From contig CAWCKH010000004.1 of NCBI GenBank assembly GCA_963796055.1, forward strand, positions 960,001 through 1,024,000: a stretch of DNA of 64,000 bases, written 5' to 3'. Source of the stretch: an uncultured delta proteobacterium. Its GTDB lineage: Bacteria; Myxococcota; Myxococcia; Myxococcales; Myxococcaceae. The notes below the pieces were generated by a model, which did no database searches, was not told the origin of the DNA, and saw only the letters and a program-made list of their open reading frames with translations. Shown in pieces: positions 51,631 through 62,733 of the stretch (position 1 is the stretch's first letter; each line of letters begins with the position of its first letter). The position numbers were made by a program, and so were the translations under genes.

Positions 51631-51921
51631 TCACGAGAGCTGCACCCTCCGGAAGGGGTGCACCGCGACGTGCTCCCAGACCTGGCCGGTGACGTACGGG
51701 TCGGCGGCAAGCCAGGCGTCGACCTCGGCCCGGGAGGGGAACTCCACCAGGAGCATCGAGCCCACCATCCGGCCCTCGTCGTTCAGCATGGCCCCACCTT
51801 CCAGGAACGTTCCCTCGGCCTTCATCCGCTTCACGCCCTCGAGGTGCGCCGGCCGCTGCTGCATCCGCCGCGACAGGGCGTCGGGATCACGGAAGTCGCG
51901 GGCGATGATCAGGAACTGCAC
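51631..51921 (-). CDS. YciI-family protein
   Basis: RPAHLE, GGAML, GSMLLVEF, ADPYV; GGAGG before GTG 51921. Confidence 0.85.
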   Translation of the reverse strand: MQFLIIARDFRDPDALSRRMQQRPAHLEGVKRMKAEGTFLEGGAMLNDEGRMVGSMLLVEFPSRAEVDAWLAADPYVTGQVWEHVAVHPFRRVQLS

Positions 51922-52122
51922 GTGGACCTCCCCATGGGCACGGGCCTCATCCTGCCGGCCGATCCCCGGCCTCGTCGAGCGCGCGCAGCACCGACTCTGG
52001 GGCAACGTCCTGCTTCAGCTCGTCGACATCCGCCGCACGCCCGCCCTCCACTCCCAGGTGCTCGGCCACTGCCTCGAGGCGCTTGACCAGCCGGGTGACC
52101 TCGTGTTCGGACCGCCGCTCCG

Positions 52123-52877
52123 ATGCGCGCCGTCTTCTCCGCGCTGTTCTGGGCCTACCTCGCCGCTGGGGTGCATCCCGCTCTTCCTGGGGGCGGTGCT
52201 CATCTGGGCTGGTGACGCTGCCGTTCGACCGGAACGGCCGGATCCTCCACCTCTACTCCTGCTTCTGGGGCCAGCTCTTCTTCTGGAGCAACCCCTTCTG
52301 GCGGCTCCGGGTCGAGGGGCGCCAGCACCTGCCATGGCGCGGCGGCGCAGTGCTCGTCTCCAACCACGCGTCGCTTGCCGACATCCTGGTGCTGTTCGGC
52401 CTCTGGCGGCCGTTCAAGTGGGTCTCCAAGGCGAGCAACTTCCGCATCCCGTTCATCGGCTGGAACATGCGGCTCAACCGGTACGTGTCCCTGGTACGGG
52501 GGGACAGGGACAGCATCGCGGCCATGGTGCACGCCTGCGAGGCCTGGCTCGCGCGCGGTGTCCCAGTTCTCCTCTTCCCGGAGGGGACCCGCTCCCCGGA
52601 CGGCGGGGTGAAGGCCTTCAAGGACGGGGCCTTCCGGATGGCCATCGAGCAGCAGGTGCCACTCATCCCCATCGCTCTGAGCGGCACCGGAGACGTGCTC
52701 CCCAAGCACGGCTGGGTGATGCGCGGGACGGCCCGCTGCCGGGTGCGGGTCCTGCCCCCCATCGACCCGGGACCGTTCCACGGCGATGTCCCGGCCTTCC
52801 GCGAGCACGTCCGGGCGCTGATCGTGGCCGAAAAGTCCCGTCTGGACGCCGAGGCACCGCCCGCGCCCCCGGACTGA
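52123..52877 (+). CDS. Lysophospholipid acyltransferase (PlsC-like), 5' frameshifts
   Basis: NHASLAD, FPEGTRS, FKDGAF, LIPIAL. Confidence 0.88.
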
Positions 52878-53103
52878 CGCTACAAACCGCCGACACCGGT
52901 TCGTCACCGCCGGACCGGAATCGACCGAAACTGGCCGTTCTCGCTGCAACGAATCCTCGGTGGGAGTGTCGGATCTCATGCCGGGCTGGCGGCCAGGCAC
53001 CTTTGGCGGGCTGGTAGAGAGCGGCCCGCCCGGGGATCATGCGGAAACCTTTTCGAGGGTTCCCGGGCGGCACGAGGGGAGCGCTGCTCGCGTGGAGGCG
53101 ACG

Positions 53104-54537
53104 ATGCAGGGTCGGCTCGTTTGTGTCTTCGGTCTGGTGGTTTCTTCTCTCGCGCTGGCCCGGCAGCAAGCCCCGCAGCCGTGGGTGCCGCAGGCTGCAC
53201 CGGCGCCCGCGCCGCAGGTCGCACCGGTGCAGTACGCCCCGGCACCGCAACAGCAGTACGTGGCACCTGCCCCACAGGCGGCGCCACCGCAGCAGTACTC
53301 GGCGCCAGCACCGCAGGTTGCGCCGGCTCAGTACGCCCCACCGCCGCAGCAACCGGTCGCGGCGCCAGCGCAGCAGGCCGCCCCGCCGCAGCAGTACGCC
53401 CCGCCACAGCAGTATGCGCCACCCCAGGCCGCGCCTCCCCAGCAGTACGCCCCGCAGCAGGCCGCCCCGCCACAGCAGTATGCACCGCCGCCAGGCCGCG
53501 CCTCCCCAGCAGTACGCCGCGCCGCCCCGCAGCAGTACGCGCCGCCCCAGGCCGCGCCTCCCCAGCAGTACGCCGCGCCTCCCCAGCAGTACGCGCCGCC
53601 TCAGGCCGCCCCGCCACAGCAGTACGCGCCGCCCCAGGCCGCGCCTCCGCAGCAGTACGCCCCGCCAGCAGGCCGCACCTCCCCAGCAGTACGCGCCGCC
53701 AGCTGCCGCCGGGGCCGCGGCCGGAGCCGCCGTCGCTGCTCCTGCTGCTGCTCCCGCGCCGGCTCCGCAGTACTCGGCACCAGCTCCCCAGGCCGCGCCG
53801 CCCGCCGCTCCGGCCCCGTCCGTCGCTCCCGCTCCCGCCACGCAACCTCCGGCGAAGCCGCTGCTGCCGCCCGGAGCCGTCCCGATCCAGCAGGCTCCAT
53901 CCGCCGGTCCGGCAGCCAGCCCGGGGACGCAGTCGGTGGATTCCCAGCCGGGCAGGGCGGTGCAGGAGGACCTGCCGGCAGCCGGCCTGGCGCGCGAGGT
54001 CTACTACCGGGACATGCTGCGGGTCCGCCCGCACCAGACGGACGTCTTCACCCAGCACGGCGCGCGCAAGCTCGCCGCCACCGAGTTCTACCGGCTGGTG
54101 GGCCGCGGTGACCTGGCGTCGGCGTCGGAGGTCGCGCAAGAGCGAGCGCGCCATCCTCTACACCTTCTCGTTCCTCACCTTCGCCGCCGGCGTCGGCTCC
54201 GGCATCTGGGTGAGCAGCAACGCCCAGAACCTCAACGACCCCGCCTGCTTCGCGCAGGGCGACCAAGAGCTACAACCAGTGCGTGGACAAGGCGCAGAAG
54301 ACGAGCCTCTACGGCGCGCTCCTCATCGGCGGCGGCGTCGTGGTGGGCGGTCTGCTCATGACCATCGCCGCGCTCACCCCGGACATGGTGACGACTCCCG
54401 AGGAGACCGCCCGGCTCGCCGACCAGTACAACCGGAACCTCTCCAAACGGCTGAGCTCCATGTCCGAACCACGGGTCCAGGTGGCACCGGTGTTCGGCAA
54501 GGACGGCGGCGGGATCGCCGCGCGCTTCACGTTCTAG
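53104..54537 (+). CDS. Secreted/membrane protein with Pro-Gln-Ala-Tyr repeats, frameshifted
   Basis: Signal peptide, QQYAPP/QAAPP repeats, two TM-like segments, ends GGIAARFTF. Confidence 0.65.
53200..53800 (+). repeat. Coding tandem repeat, unit about 33 bp (QQYAPPQAAPP)
   Basis: More than ten CAGCAGTA(C/T)GC units. Confidence 0.85.
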
Positions 54538-56556
54538 GAGCTGCCAGCGACACCGGGGCCGCCTCGTGCAGCTCCGGTGCGTGCCGCCTGCTTCCACGGA
54601 CCAGCCACGCCCCGAGGGCGGTACTGCCGAGGGCGAGCGCCATCACCACCGGGGAGCGAAGCCGATCGGCCAGTCCCGGCACGCGGTCGAGCAGCACCTG
54701 CGCCCCGTTGTTCACCAGATGGATGAGCACGCCGGGGACGATGCTTCCGCTCTCCAGCGCCACCCAGCCGAGGAGCAGGCCGATCACCGATGGCCGCGAC
54801 CACGTGGTAGGGGTTGATGTGAAACAGCCCGAACACCAGCGCGCTCCCCACCGATGGCGATCCACCGTGAGCCACTGCGGCGGAGCCCGGCCAGCACCAC
54901 GCCCCGGAAGGTGACCTCCTCGGCGACGGCCGGCAACAGCGCGACCAGCAGCAGCGCCGAGCCGAGCCCGAGCTGGCCCTGCTTCCCGAGCAGCTCGCCC
55001 AGCCAGTCGGAATAGGCCCGCGCCCCGGGAAAGCGGAGGAGCTGTTCCCAGACCACCGCACCCACGCTCCACCCCCCGGCCGCGAGCAGCGCCGTCGCCG
55101 CCCAGCCCCGGGACGTCGGCCACCGGAGCTGGAGCGTCTCGGAAACCGGGGCACGGAACAGACGGCACCAGATCAGCGAGGGCAAGAGAAAGAACCCGAG
55201 CTGCGAGCCGAGGATGAGCGCCGCGACCGACGTGCGCCGCTCGAAGAGCGCCGAGCCGTAGAACGTCAGGACCAGCAGCACCGCGGCGAATCCCAGCGCG
55301 TTTCCGGGGGTCAGCCCGCGACCGGCGCGCCGGCCCGGGGAGAACACGTCCCGCCACGGCTTCTCGCCCGACAGGAGCACCTGCTCGGTCTGGAACACCC
55401 GCGCCGCGAGCAGGATGCCCAGCACCGCCCAGGCGAGGCTCACCGCCCAGACCACGAGAATCTGCTGTCCGCCCGCCTTGCCCACCAGGAGGTCGTGCAC
55501 CAGCAAGGTCACGTTCAGGAGCGGCACCAGCGCGGTGCCGGCAGTGAGCTCGGCACCGGGCAGAAAGCTGGCGAACCCCGCCAGCATCACCACCAGGAGT
55601 AAGGGCATCAGGTAGCTCTGCCCCTCGCGGTAGCTCCGGGCGAGGACGCCGATCGCCATCAGCAGCGCGACGATCAGCAGCGCCGCCGGGAGCACGGTGA
55701 GGAAGATGGCCCCGGCGCTCGACAGCCCGAGCGAGAAGCGGGCCGCCCCTTCCATCGCTGCCGTCCCGCGCGCCAGGGCCAGGGCGATCGACCCGAGGTT
55801 GCACACCGTCGCCGCGAGGGTGAGGGCCAGGACGGCCAGGTACTTGCCGGCGACGATCTCCACCGAGCGCACCGGAGCGGTCAGCAAGGTCTGCAGCGTC
55901 CCCCGCTCCTTCTCCCCGGCGGTCAGATCCAGCGCCGCGTAGAACCCCGAGGTCGCCACCAGTACCAGGAGCAAGTACGGAAGCAGCGCAGCGGCGAAGC
56001 TGGCACCGCGGCGGGCGGCGTCGGCCAGGTCCTCTTCGCGCACGTCGAGCGGCCTGGCCGCGGCGGCGTCCTGCCCGAGCGCGGTCATTCGCTGGCGGAG
56101 CAGCTCCGCGCCGTGGTCGGTCAGGGCGCGCGAGACCCGCCGCTCCATGGCGTCCGAATCCACGTCGGTCGAGTCGGCCAGCACCCGGAGGGGGATGCTC
56201 GGGCCCGAGGCACCCGCCGGCGTGAGGAGGACCAGATGCACCTTCTTGGCGGTGACCAGCCGACGGGCCTCCGCCTCGGGCTCGGCCGGGGGCTGCTCGC
56301 GCCGGTCGACGACGTCCGCCCGGGCCTGCTGCTCGACCGCCCGCAGGGTGGCCTCCGGCACCGGGCCCCAGGCGGCGATCCGGGCCCGGGTCCGCTCGAG
56401 CTCCCCTCGCTTGTCGGTGGCCACCGAGCCGAGCAGGGTGAACAGCAGCGGGTAGACCAGCGCCGGGACGACGAACGCCATCACCACCGTGCGGCGGTCC
56501 CGCAGCGTCTCGATCAGGTCCTTGCGAAAGATGTGGAAGACGATGCGCAGCCTCAT
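54534..56556 (-). CDS. NatB-like ABC permease fused to CPBP/Abi intramembrane protease, frameshifts near 54790-54850
   Basis: KDLIETLRDRR, AGEKERGTLQTLL, AEEVTFRG, FGLFH, HLVNN. Confidence 0.85.
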
Positions 56557-57281
56557 GCGGCCACCTCGTCGCCCACCCGGGCAAGGAAGGCGTCGGTGAG
56601 CGTCCGCGCCCCGGCCCGCGCGCAGACCTCGTCGACCGTGCCCTGGTCGAGCACCTGTCCCCGGTGCAGCAGGACCACCCGGTCGCAGAGTGCCTCGGCG
56701 TCGCCCAGCACGTGGGTGCTGAAGAGGATGGCCTTCCCGGCCGCGCGCGCCTCGCGGAAGGCCTCGAGAAGGAAGCGTCCGGTCACCACGTCCAGCGCAG
56801 TGGTGGGCTCGTCGAGGATCAGCGCCGGCGGGTCGTGGACGAAGGCGCGCGCGATGTTCGCCCGCTGCTTCTGCCCGGCGGAGAGCTTGCCGCAGGGCCG
56901 GTCGGCAAACTCGGTGAGCCGGAAGCGGGCCACGAGCGCCTCGATCCGCGCGGGGAGCGCTGCCTCGGGAATCTCGTGCAGCCGCCCGAAGTACCGGAGC
57001 ACCTCGCGGGGCGTGAGCCGCTGGTACAGCGCGGTGTCGCCGGTGAGGAACCCCAGCGCGCGCTTGAGCTCGAACGCCTCGCCCTCGGTCCCGTGGCCGG
57101 CGATGCGCACCTCGCCGGCGGTGGGGGTGAGCACCCCGGCGAGCATCCGCAGGACGGTCGTCTTGCCCGCGCCGTTCGGACCGAGCAGGCCCACGACCTC
57201 GCCGCGACCGACGGTGAAGCTCACCTCGGAGGCCGCCACCACCTCGCCGTAGCGCTTCGAAAGTCCGCGGGCCTCGATCAT
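56553..57281 (-). CDS. NatA-like ABC ATP-binding protein
   Basis: GPNGAGKT, LSAGQ, ILDEPT, STH. Confidence 0.92.
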   Translation of the reverse strand: MIEARGLSKRYGEVVAASEVSFTVGRGEVVGLLGPNGAGKTTVLRMLAGVLTPTAGEVRIAGHGTEGEAFELKRALGFLTGDTALYQRLTPREVLRYFGRLHEIPEAALPARIEALVARFRLTEFADRPCGKLSAGQKQRANIARAFVHDPPALILDEPTTALDVVTGRFLLEAFREARAAGKAILFSTHVLGDAEALCDRVVLLHRGQVLDQGTVDEVCARAGARTLTDAFLARVGDEVAA

Positions 57282-57347
57282 CCTGGACGAGGCGCTCGTA
57301 CCACAGAGTGCCGTCTGGCCGCGCACCCCGGGTGAATCGGAGCCCCT

Positions 57348-57503
57348 GAACGAGGTGTCTGGCACCTCATCAAGCACCTCATCAAGGAACCTCCACCCCG
57401 GGGCCCGACAGCCCCGGCGTGGAGGTGAGGCGCAGAGTCGCACCTACATGAAGCCGCCCCCGTAACGAGGTGTCTGGCACCTCCCCCGAGGCACCTCCCC
57501 CGG
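57348..57503 (+). repeat. Two GTAAC-hairpin repeats each with duplicated right half
   Basis: 57348 variant + GCACCTCATCAA twice; 57462 + GGCACCTCCCCCG twice. Confidence 0.9.
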
Positions 57504-57559
57504 GAGGGCGGCGCGGGTCCGTGGGGCCTCGGACCACGCCGCGACGGCGCCCGTGCCCG

Positions 57560-58300
57560 CTAGGGATGGACCTGCGGGAACGTGTTTCCGGTGAACCAGC
57601 AGATGCCCGTCCCGGGATCCTCGCCGAACAGCGCGCCCACCTCCATGTTGCAGCTCACCGGGTAGAACGGGTTCACGCCCGAACCTGCGGCCCGTCCGTT
57701 CGCCGGATCGGCGAAGGGATTGCAGTCGGCATCCGTGCCGCACGCCGCGATCGGCGTGAGCATCAGCCCGTGGTAGCTCGCGCTGCAGGAACCGATGGTG
57801 TAGGTCGCGTCGCTCTCGGCCTGCGAGCCCTGGTACGCCGGGGCGCTCAGGAACCGGGTGTTCGACAGGGTGATCGAGCGGGGCGGGTCGGGAGGAGTCC
57901 CGTCGCTCTGCGCAGGAACCGCGTTGGCAGTGGTGAAGCTCGGCACCGTGCAGATGCCCTGAGCGTCGGGAGACGCGCCGATCTGTCCCCGGCCCACGTC
58001 ACCGGTCGACGCCGGGAAGTCCGGGTTCCCGTCGGCGTCGAGAGGCAGCATCGACTCCGCCCGGAACACCACCTCGAGCTGTTCCGCTCCGAGCTTGTCG
58101 AAGCGGATGTTGTCCGCCATCCGCGGTGGCAGCACCGTGTCGTCACAACCCGCCCCGCCGCTGACCGCGCCGGTGCGATCCATCACGAACAGGTACCCGC
58201 CGAGCCCGGGGCGCTGCACGATGCACGTCTGGTTGACCTCTCCCCCGCACGCTGCGAGCAGCACCAGGAGAGGCACCACAAGGAACGAAGGCTTGCACAT
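57560..58300 (-). CDS. mlpA: Cys-rich lipoprotein, MlpA-like
   Basis: LAAC lipobox; CIVQ, GSGVNP and Cys spacing recall M. xanthus MlpA; directly downstream of oar-like gene. Confidence 0.6.
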   Translation of the reverse strand: MCKPSFLVVPLLVLLAACGGEVNQTCIVQRPGLGGYLFVMDRTGAVSGGAGCDDTVLPPRMADNIRFDKLGAEQLEVVFRAESMLPLDADGNPDFPASTGDVGRGQIGASPDAQGICTVPSFTTANAVPAQSDGTPPDPPRSITLSNTRFLSAPAYQGSQAESDATYTIGSCSASYHGLMLTPIAACGTDADCNPFADPANGRAAGSGVNPFYPVSCNMEVGALFGEDPGTGICWFTGNTFPQVHP

Positions 58301-58314
58301 GGTGTCGTCGGTCC

Positions 58315-61300
58315 TCAGAAGCTGAAGCGGGCAGTGAACCGGAAGCTGCGCACGGCCTGGTACTGCGTGGGCCGGCCCCAGTTCGGGTTGATGGCGTAGG
58401 TCTGCGGCTGCTGGTCGGGATCCGGAAGGACCACGGTCTTGAGCGTCACGCCGTTCGGTCCGGCCACGACGCCGCCTCGCGGCAGGTACCCGTTCACGCC
58501 GTACGGAGCGGGAATCGTCCCTTGCGTGCCGTTGACGATCGGCCCGGGATCACGCCCGTTGCCGGTCAGCGAAGGCAAGGTCACGTACTCCTCGTCGACC
58601 CGGATCGGGTTCTGGAAGTTGAAGAGGTTGAACCCATCGACTCCGACGGTGATCGTGCTGTCCTTGCTCAGTCGGTAGTTCAGCGCCAGCCGGGCATCGA
58701 TGCTGTGCACCCAGGGGAGCCGCCCACCCTGCCCGCGCTGGAGGATGTACACCTGACCCGGCCCGTAACCGGTCTCGTTGGACGGGCCGGTGTAGCTGAT
58801 GGGTGGTCCCGACGCGCCGGTGTAGGTGACGCCGAGCGACAGGCTCAGCACCGGAGTGATGATGAACTCCTTGGCTGCGAACACCTTGATGGTGTGGGTG
58901 ATGTCGCCGGACAGCGGCCCGTCCTGATTCACCAGGAGCTGGGCCAGGTCGAAGGTCGCGTTGATGTTGGGATCGAGCTGCCCGGTTCCGTTGACGAACA
59001 GGCCCTCGTAGTTCCCGCGCAGCTGCGACCAGGTGTAGCTGACCTGCGCCTGCCACAGGTCGCTGAAGTTCTTCGTGAACTGGAAGGTGACCGCGTGGTA
59101 CGTCCGCGTCGCCTTCGGGAACGAGGTGGCGATCCCCTCGCCCGGGTTGCCGACGAAGTAGGTGTTCCCGTTGTCCGCCGACATGTCCTCGATGGTGCGG
59201 ACCAGGTTCCGGTAGGTGTAGGAGACCCCGGCGCGCGCGTTGGGGAAGATCTCGTACTCGCCGCCGGCCACGATCTCGTCGTTGGAAGTCGGCTGGAGGT
59301 TGGGATCCACGGCGGTCTTGTCCACCGCGACGTTCCGCCACTTCACGTTGGGGCTGGCGATGCTCCTGCCGCGATTGGCGGTGGTCAGGTCGCAGCCTGC
59401 CACTCCCACGACCCGCGGGTCGCAGTCGTGGCCGGCGATGACCAGGCTCTCACCGGAGAGCGCCCGGTCGGCGATGTCGAGCGGTACTGCCTCGTAGTAC
59501 CGCCCATAGTTGGCGAAGATCTTCGAGCGGCCCTGCTGCGTCGGATCCCACACGAAGCCGATGCGGGGCGACCACTCGTTGCCGAGCTTGATCCCCAGCA
59601 ACCCGTCCTTGTCGTAGATGTACTGGCCGTCCCAGCGCAGACCGACGTTCAAGGTGACCTTGTCCAGGATGCTCCAGCTGTCCTGGACGAAGCCGCCGAT
59701 GATCACCGACTTGCTCTTCACGGTGAGGATGCCGTTCCCCGCCGTCGTGTCGATGTCCGAGAGGTACCCGAACCGGCGTGCCTCCTGGACGCCGAGCGAG
59801 TTGCCCGGCGCGACCCCGCCGGGGCCGAAGTCGAAGTACCAGGCCCCACCGCCGTAGGTCTTCAGATGCTCGTAGTAGGAGAGGCTCCCGTCGACGCCGG
59901 CCTTGATCACGTGGTGGCCCAGCGCGTTCAAGAGATAGGTGATGGTTGCCTTGCCCTGGAAGGAATCGAGTACCTGTCGCTCCAGGAAGTTGTTTCCCCC
60001 GTACAGGAGCCAGCTGGTCTGACACTTGGTGGTGCGGTCTCCCGTGCCGCACGCCTCGCGAACGCTCGCCGGGACCTGGTCCTCGAAGTCGAGCACGTTG
60101 CTGTTGTACAGCGGCGCCAGTGAGGGGATGCCAGCCAGGGTGTTGAGGTTGTGGATGTTGTCGAACCCGGCCCCATCTCCCGGCGCGCCCTCGTCGAGCT
60201 GATGATGCCAGCCGAGCCGCACGTCGAGGAGCAGCCTCTTGTCCAGGAAGCTGCTGTTCAGCTCGCCGTTCACGTCGTACGTCGTGTCGTTGGTCAGGAA
60301 GTGGTTGGAGTTGAAGGTCTGCAGGGTATAGGCGCCGAGCGGGAAGGGAGCCCGGCCGGCGAGCACGCCGGGCACCCGGACCGAGAAGGCCGAGTCGCTG
60401 CCGCCCGTGGTCGGCGTGCCGGTCACCGTGAGGCTCAGCCGGTGATCGGAGCTGATGAGGTAGGTCAGCTTCCCGATGAACTGGATCGACTTCTCGTCCG
60501 CGAACCGGCGCTGGTTGCTGTCGGGGATCGGCGAGTACGCCTGGTTCCCATCGGCATCCAGCTGACCCGGGTTCTCGATGGAGAACTGCCGGGTGTACGA
60601 ATACCGGGTGAAGCTCGGCTGGATGCCGGCGAAGAACCAGAGCTTGTCCTTGATGATGTAGCCGCCGAGCGTCGCCCCGAAGTCGCCGATGTTGTAGAGG
60701 TCGCGCGTGCCGGAGACGACCGCACCGGCGGTGGTCACCGTCTTGGCCCGGCCCTGGAGCGCCCCCGGAGTGAAGGTGCCCCACACGCTTCCGTGGAACT
60801 CGTTGCCGCCGGACTTGGTGATTCCGCTCACCGCGCCGCCGGTGGTGCGACCGTACTCCGGCATGTACCCGCCGGTGATGACGTTGACCTCGTCGAGGAA
60901 CTCCACCGTGAGCGGGGTGCCGAGGACGCCATAGGCCGGGTTGTTCACCGCCAGCCCATCGATGAGATACGAGTTCTCCGGCGAGGTCGAACCGCTGATC
61001 GAGATGCCGTACAGGTCCACCGCGGCCTGGGGAGCGGCGGTGGCGATCGAATCGAACGAGCGAACTGCGCCGCCGACGCCGCCCGCCCGGCTCAGGGCGA
61101 AGTTGCGGATGAAGTCCTGGTTGATGGTGGTGCCGACCGCGCTCGAGCCCACGTCCACCACCGGGGCCGCGCCGGTGACGGTGATGGTCTCGCCCTGGAT
61201 CGCCTCGGGGAGGATCTCCACGTTGAGCCGGAGAGTCCGGTCCGCCGCCATCTCGATCCCGGTTCGGCTGTAGGGCCGGTAGGTCTCCTTCTCGAACCGG

Positions 61301-61548
61301 AGCGTGTACGAGCCCGGCGGCAGCTGCGGGATGCGGTAGAGACCGCTGGAGTCGGTGACCACCACCTGCTCACCCTGCAGGTTGGGCGAGGTGGCGGTGA
61401 CCACCACGTCCGGAACCGGAGCCTTGCTGGACGCGTCCACCACGTTCCCGGTCAGCACCGAGGTCGCCGCCTGGGCCAGCGCCAGCGAGGGGAGCAGCAG
61501 CGCCGCGATCAGCGGCGTGCCGAGCCTTCCCACACGAATCAGTCGCAC
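58315..61548 (-). CDS. oar: Oar-like TonB-dependent outer-membrane transporter
   Basis: Carboxypeptidase-regulatory-like N-domain, ENSYLIDG, TGGYMPEYGR, TKSGGNEFHG, SPRIG, terminal Phe; GGAGGAGG before GTG 61548. Confidence 0.85.
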   Translation of the reverse strand: MRLIRVGRLGTPLIAALLLPSLALAQAATSVLTGNVVDASSKAPVPDVVVTATSPNLQGEQVVVTDSSGLYRIPQLPPGSYTLRFEKETYRPYSRTGIEMAADRTLRLNVEILPEAIQGETITVTGAAPVVDVGSSAVGTTINQDFIRNFALSRAGGVGGAVRSFDSIATAAPQAAVDLYGISISGSTSPENSYLIDGLAVNNPAYGVLGTPLTVEFLDEVNVITGGYMPEYGRTTGGAVSGITKSGGNEFHGSVWGTFTPGALQGRAKTVTTAGAVVSGTRDLYNIGDFGATLGGYIIKDKLWFFAGIQPSFTRYSYTRQFSIENPGQLDADGNQAYSPIPDSNQRRFADEKSIQFIGKLTYLISSDHRLSLTVTGTPTTGGSDSAFSVRVPGVLAGRAPFPLGAYTLQTFNSNHFLTNDTTYDVNGELNSSFLDKRLLLDVRLGWHHQLDEGAPGDGAGFDNIHNLNTLAGIPSLAPLYNSNVLDFEDQVPASVREACGTGDRTTKCQTSWLLYGGNNFLERQVLDSFQGKATITYLLNALGHHVIKAGVDGSLSYYEHLKTYGGGAWYFDFGPGGVAPGNSLGVQEARRFGYLSDIDTTAGNGILTVKSKSVIIGGFVQDSWSILDKVTLNVGLRWDGQYIYDKDGLLGIKLGNEWSPRIGFVWDPTQQGRSKIFANYGRYYEAVPLDIADRALSGESLVIAGHDCDPRVVGVAGCDLTTANRGRSIASPNVKWRNVAVDKTAVDPNLQPTSNDEIVAGGEYEIFPNARAGVSYTYRNLVRTIEDMSADNGNTYFVGNPGEGIATSFPKATRTYHAVTFQFTKNFSDLWQAQVSYTWSQLRGNYEGLFVNGTGQLDPNINATFDLAQLLVNQDGPLSGDITHTIKVFAAKEFIITPVLSLSLGVTYTGASGPPISYTGPSNETGYGPGQVYILQRGQGGRLPWVHSIDARLALNYRLSKDSTITVGVDGFNLFNFQNPIRVDEEYVTLPSLTGNGRDPGPIVNGTQGTIPAPYGVNGYLPRGGVVAGPNGVTLKTVVLPDPDQQPQTYAINPNWGRPTQYQAVRSFRFTARFSF

Positions 61549-61628
61549 GAACGTCCTCCTCCGTTTGAGCCGAAGGAGATACCGGGCCGTCACCCGCGCT
61601 TCCTTGGTGCGACCGACCGGTACGCACG

Positions 61629-61642
61629 CTGGTACGTACCAG
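61629..61642. promoter_or_regulatory. Perfect 14-bp palindrome upstream of oar
   Basis: CTGGTACGTACCAG about 80 bp before start codon. Confidence 0.4.
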
Positions 61643-61696
61643 TCGATGGATGGGAAGAGGCGCTCGCCTTCCGCCGCTTCGGAGCGCCGGCGGCGC

Positions 61697-62491
61697 TCAG
61701 ATCGAGGAGCGATCCTCGCCGGCGAGCACGCCCATCAGCTCCGACCGCGTGCAGACGCTCATCTTGGCGAACAGCCGGGCCAGGGTGTTCCGCACCGTGT
61801 TGGTGGAGATCCCCAGCGCCTGGCCGATCTGCTGGTTGGTCAGCCCGGAGCGAAGGTGCTGGACCACCTCGCGCTCGCGGCGGGTGAGGCGTTGCGTCGC
61901 CAGCGGCCCGTCCACCAGCTGCGCGCGCGTCCGGACACCGGTCTTGTCGAAGATGCGCACCAGCAGATTGCGCACCGCGGCCACCGACCGTCCGGTGGCC
62001 AGGGCGATCTGCGCGTTGGTGTACCCGAGCCGCACGTAGTCGATGACCTCCGACTCGCGTGCACTCAGCGCCCGCGCGGGCCCCAGGCCGGTGGGCGACG
62101 TTCCCTCGTCCGCCAGGATCAGCGTGGGGAGGAGGGACTCGAGCAGCTCCACCTCCTCGGAGGAGAACAGGCCATCGTCGCGCTCCAGGACCAGCGCCGC
62201 AGTCGGCCTTCCGGAACGCTCCAGCGCCAGTCGCAGCACACCAGGCGCACCGACCGCGTGCGGCCCCATCGACGGATCCGCGGGCCCGGGCACCTCGGTC
62301 GGCGCCTCCCCCGAGGACGGCGCGTCGTGCCAGCCTCCCCGGCTGAAGGGGACGAGGCCGCCGATCGCCTGGAGCGCGCCGCGCCGGAACGCCGCTCGGG
62401 AATCACAGCCCAGCGCCAGCAGGGTGAGCTCGTTCAGCAGCTCCAGCACGCCGACCGGGCGGCGCGGCTCGAGCAGAGCCACACCCGTCAT
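61697..62491 (-). CDS. LuxR-family regulator with two tandem HTH domains
   Basis: LSARESEV..GYTNAQIA and LTRREREV..GLTNQQIG..ISTNTVRN. Confidence 0.88.
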   Translation of the reverse strand: MTGVALLEPRRPVGVLELLNELTLLALGCDSRAAFRRGALQAIGGLVPFSRGGWHDAPSSGEAPTEVPGPADPSMGPHAVGAPGVLRLALERSGRPTAALVLERDDGLFSSEEVELLESLLPTLILADEGTSPTGLGPARALSARESEVIDYVRLGYTNAQIALATGRSVAAVRNLLVRIFDKTGVRTRAQLVDGPLATQRLTRREREVVQHLRSGLTNQQIGQALGISTNTVRNTLARLFAKMSVCTRSELMGVLAGEDRSSI

Positions 62492-62733
62492 CCGGCACTC
62501 CCTCGGCTCCCGTGTGCCGCCGGAGAGCCAGGACCCGGCGGCTTCCCACCCGTGGGAAGGTGTCCTTCACCGTGTCTGGGCAGCGGCATGGCGGACGCTC
62601 GAGGTTCGGGCGAACTGGTGCAGCGACACCTCGGGGGAACCCCGCCGCTCCCGGCGTTGCGTCTGCCGTTGGCTGTTCTGCCCGCGCGCGCGGAGGAACT
62701 GTCCCCTCCCACCCCGCCGCGGGCCCGGAGCCG

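Noticed and set aside
52930..52950. Sigma54 promoter TGGCCGTTCTCGCTGC
   Set aside because: GG-GC spacing is 11 rather than 10.
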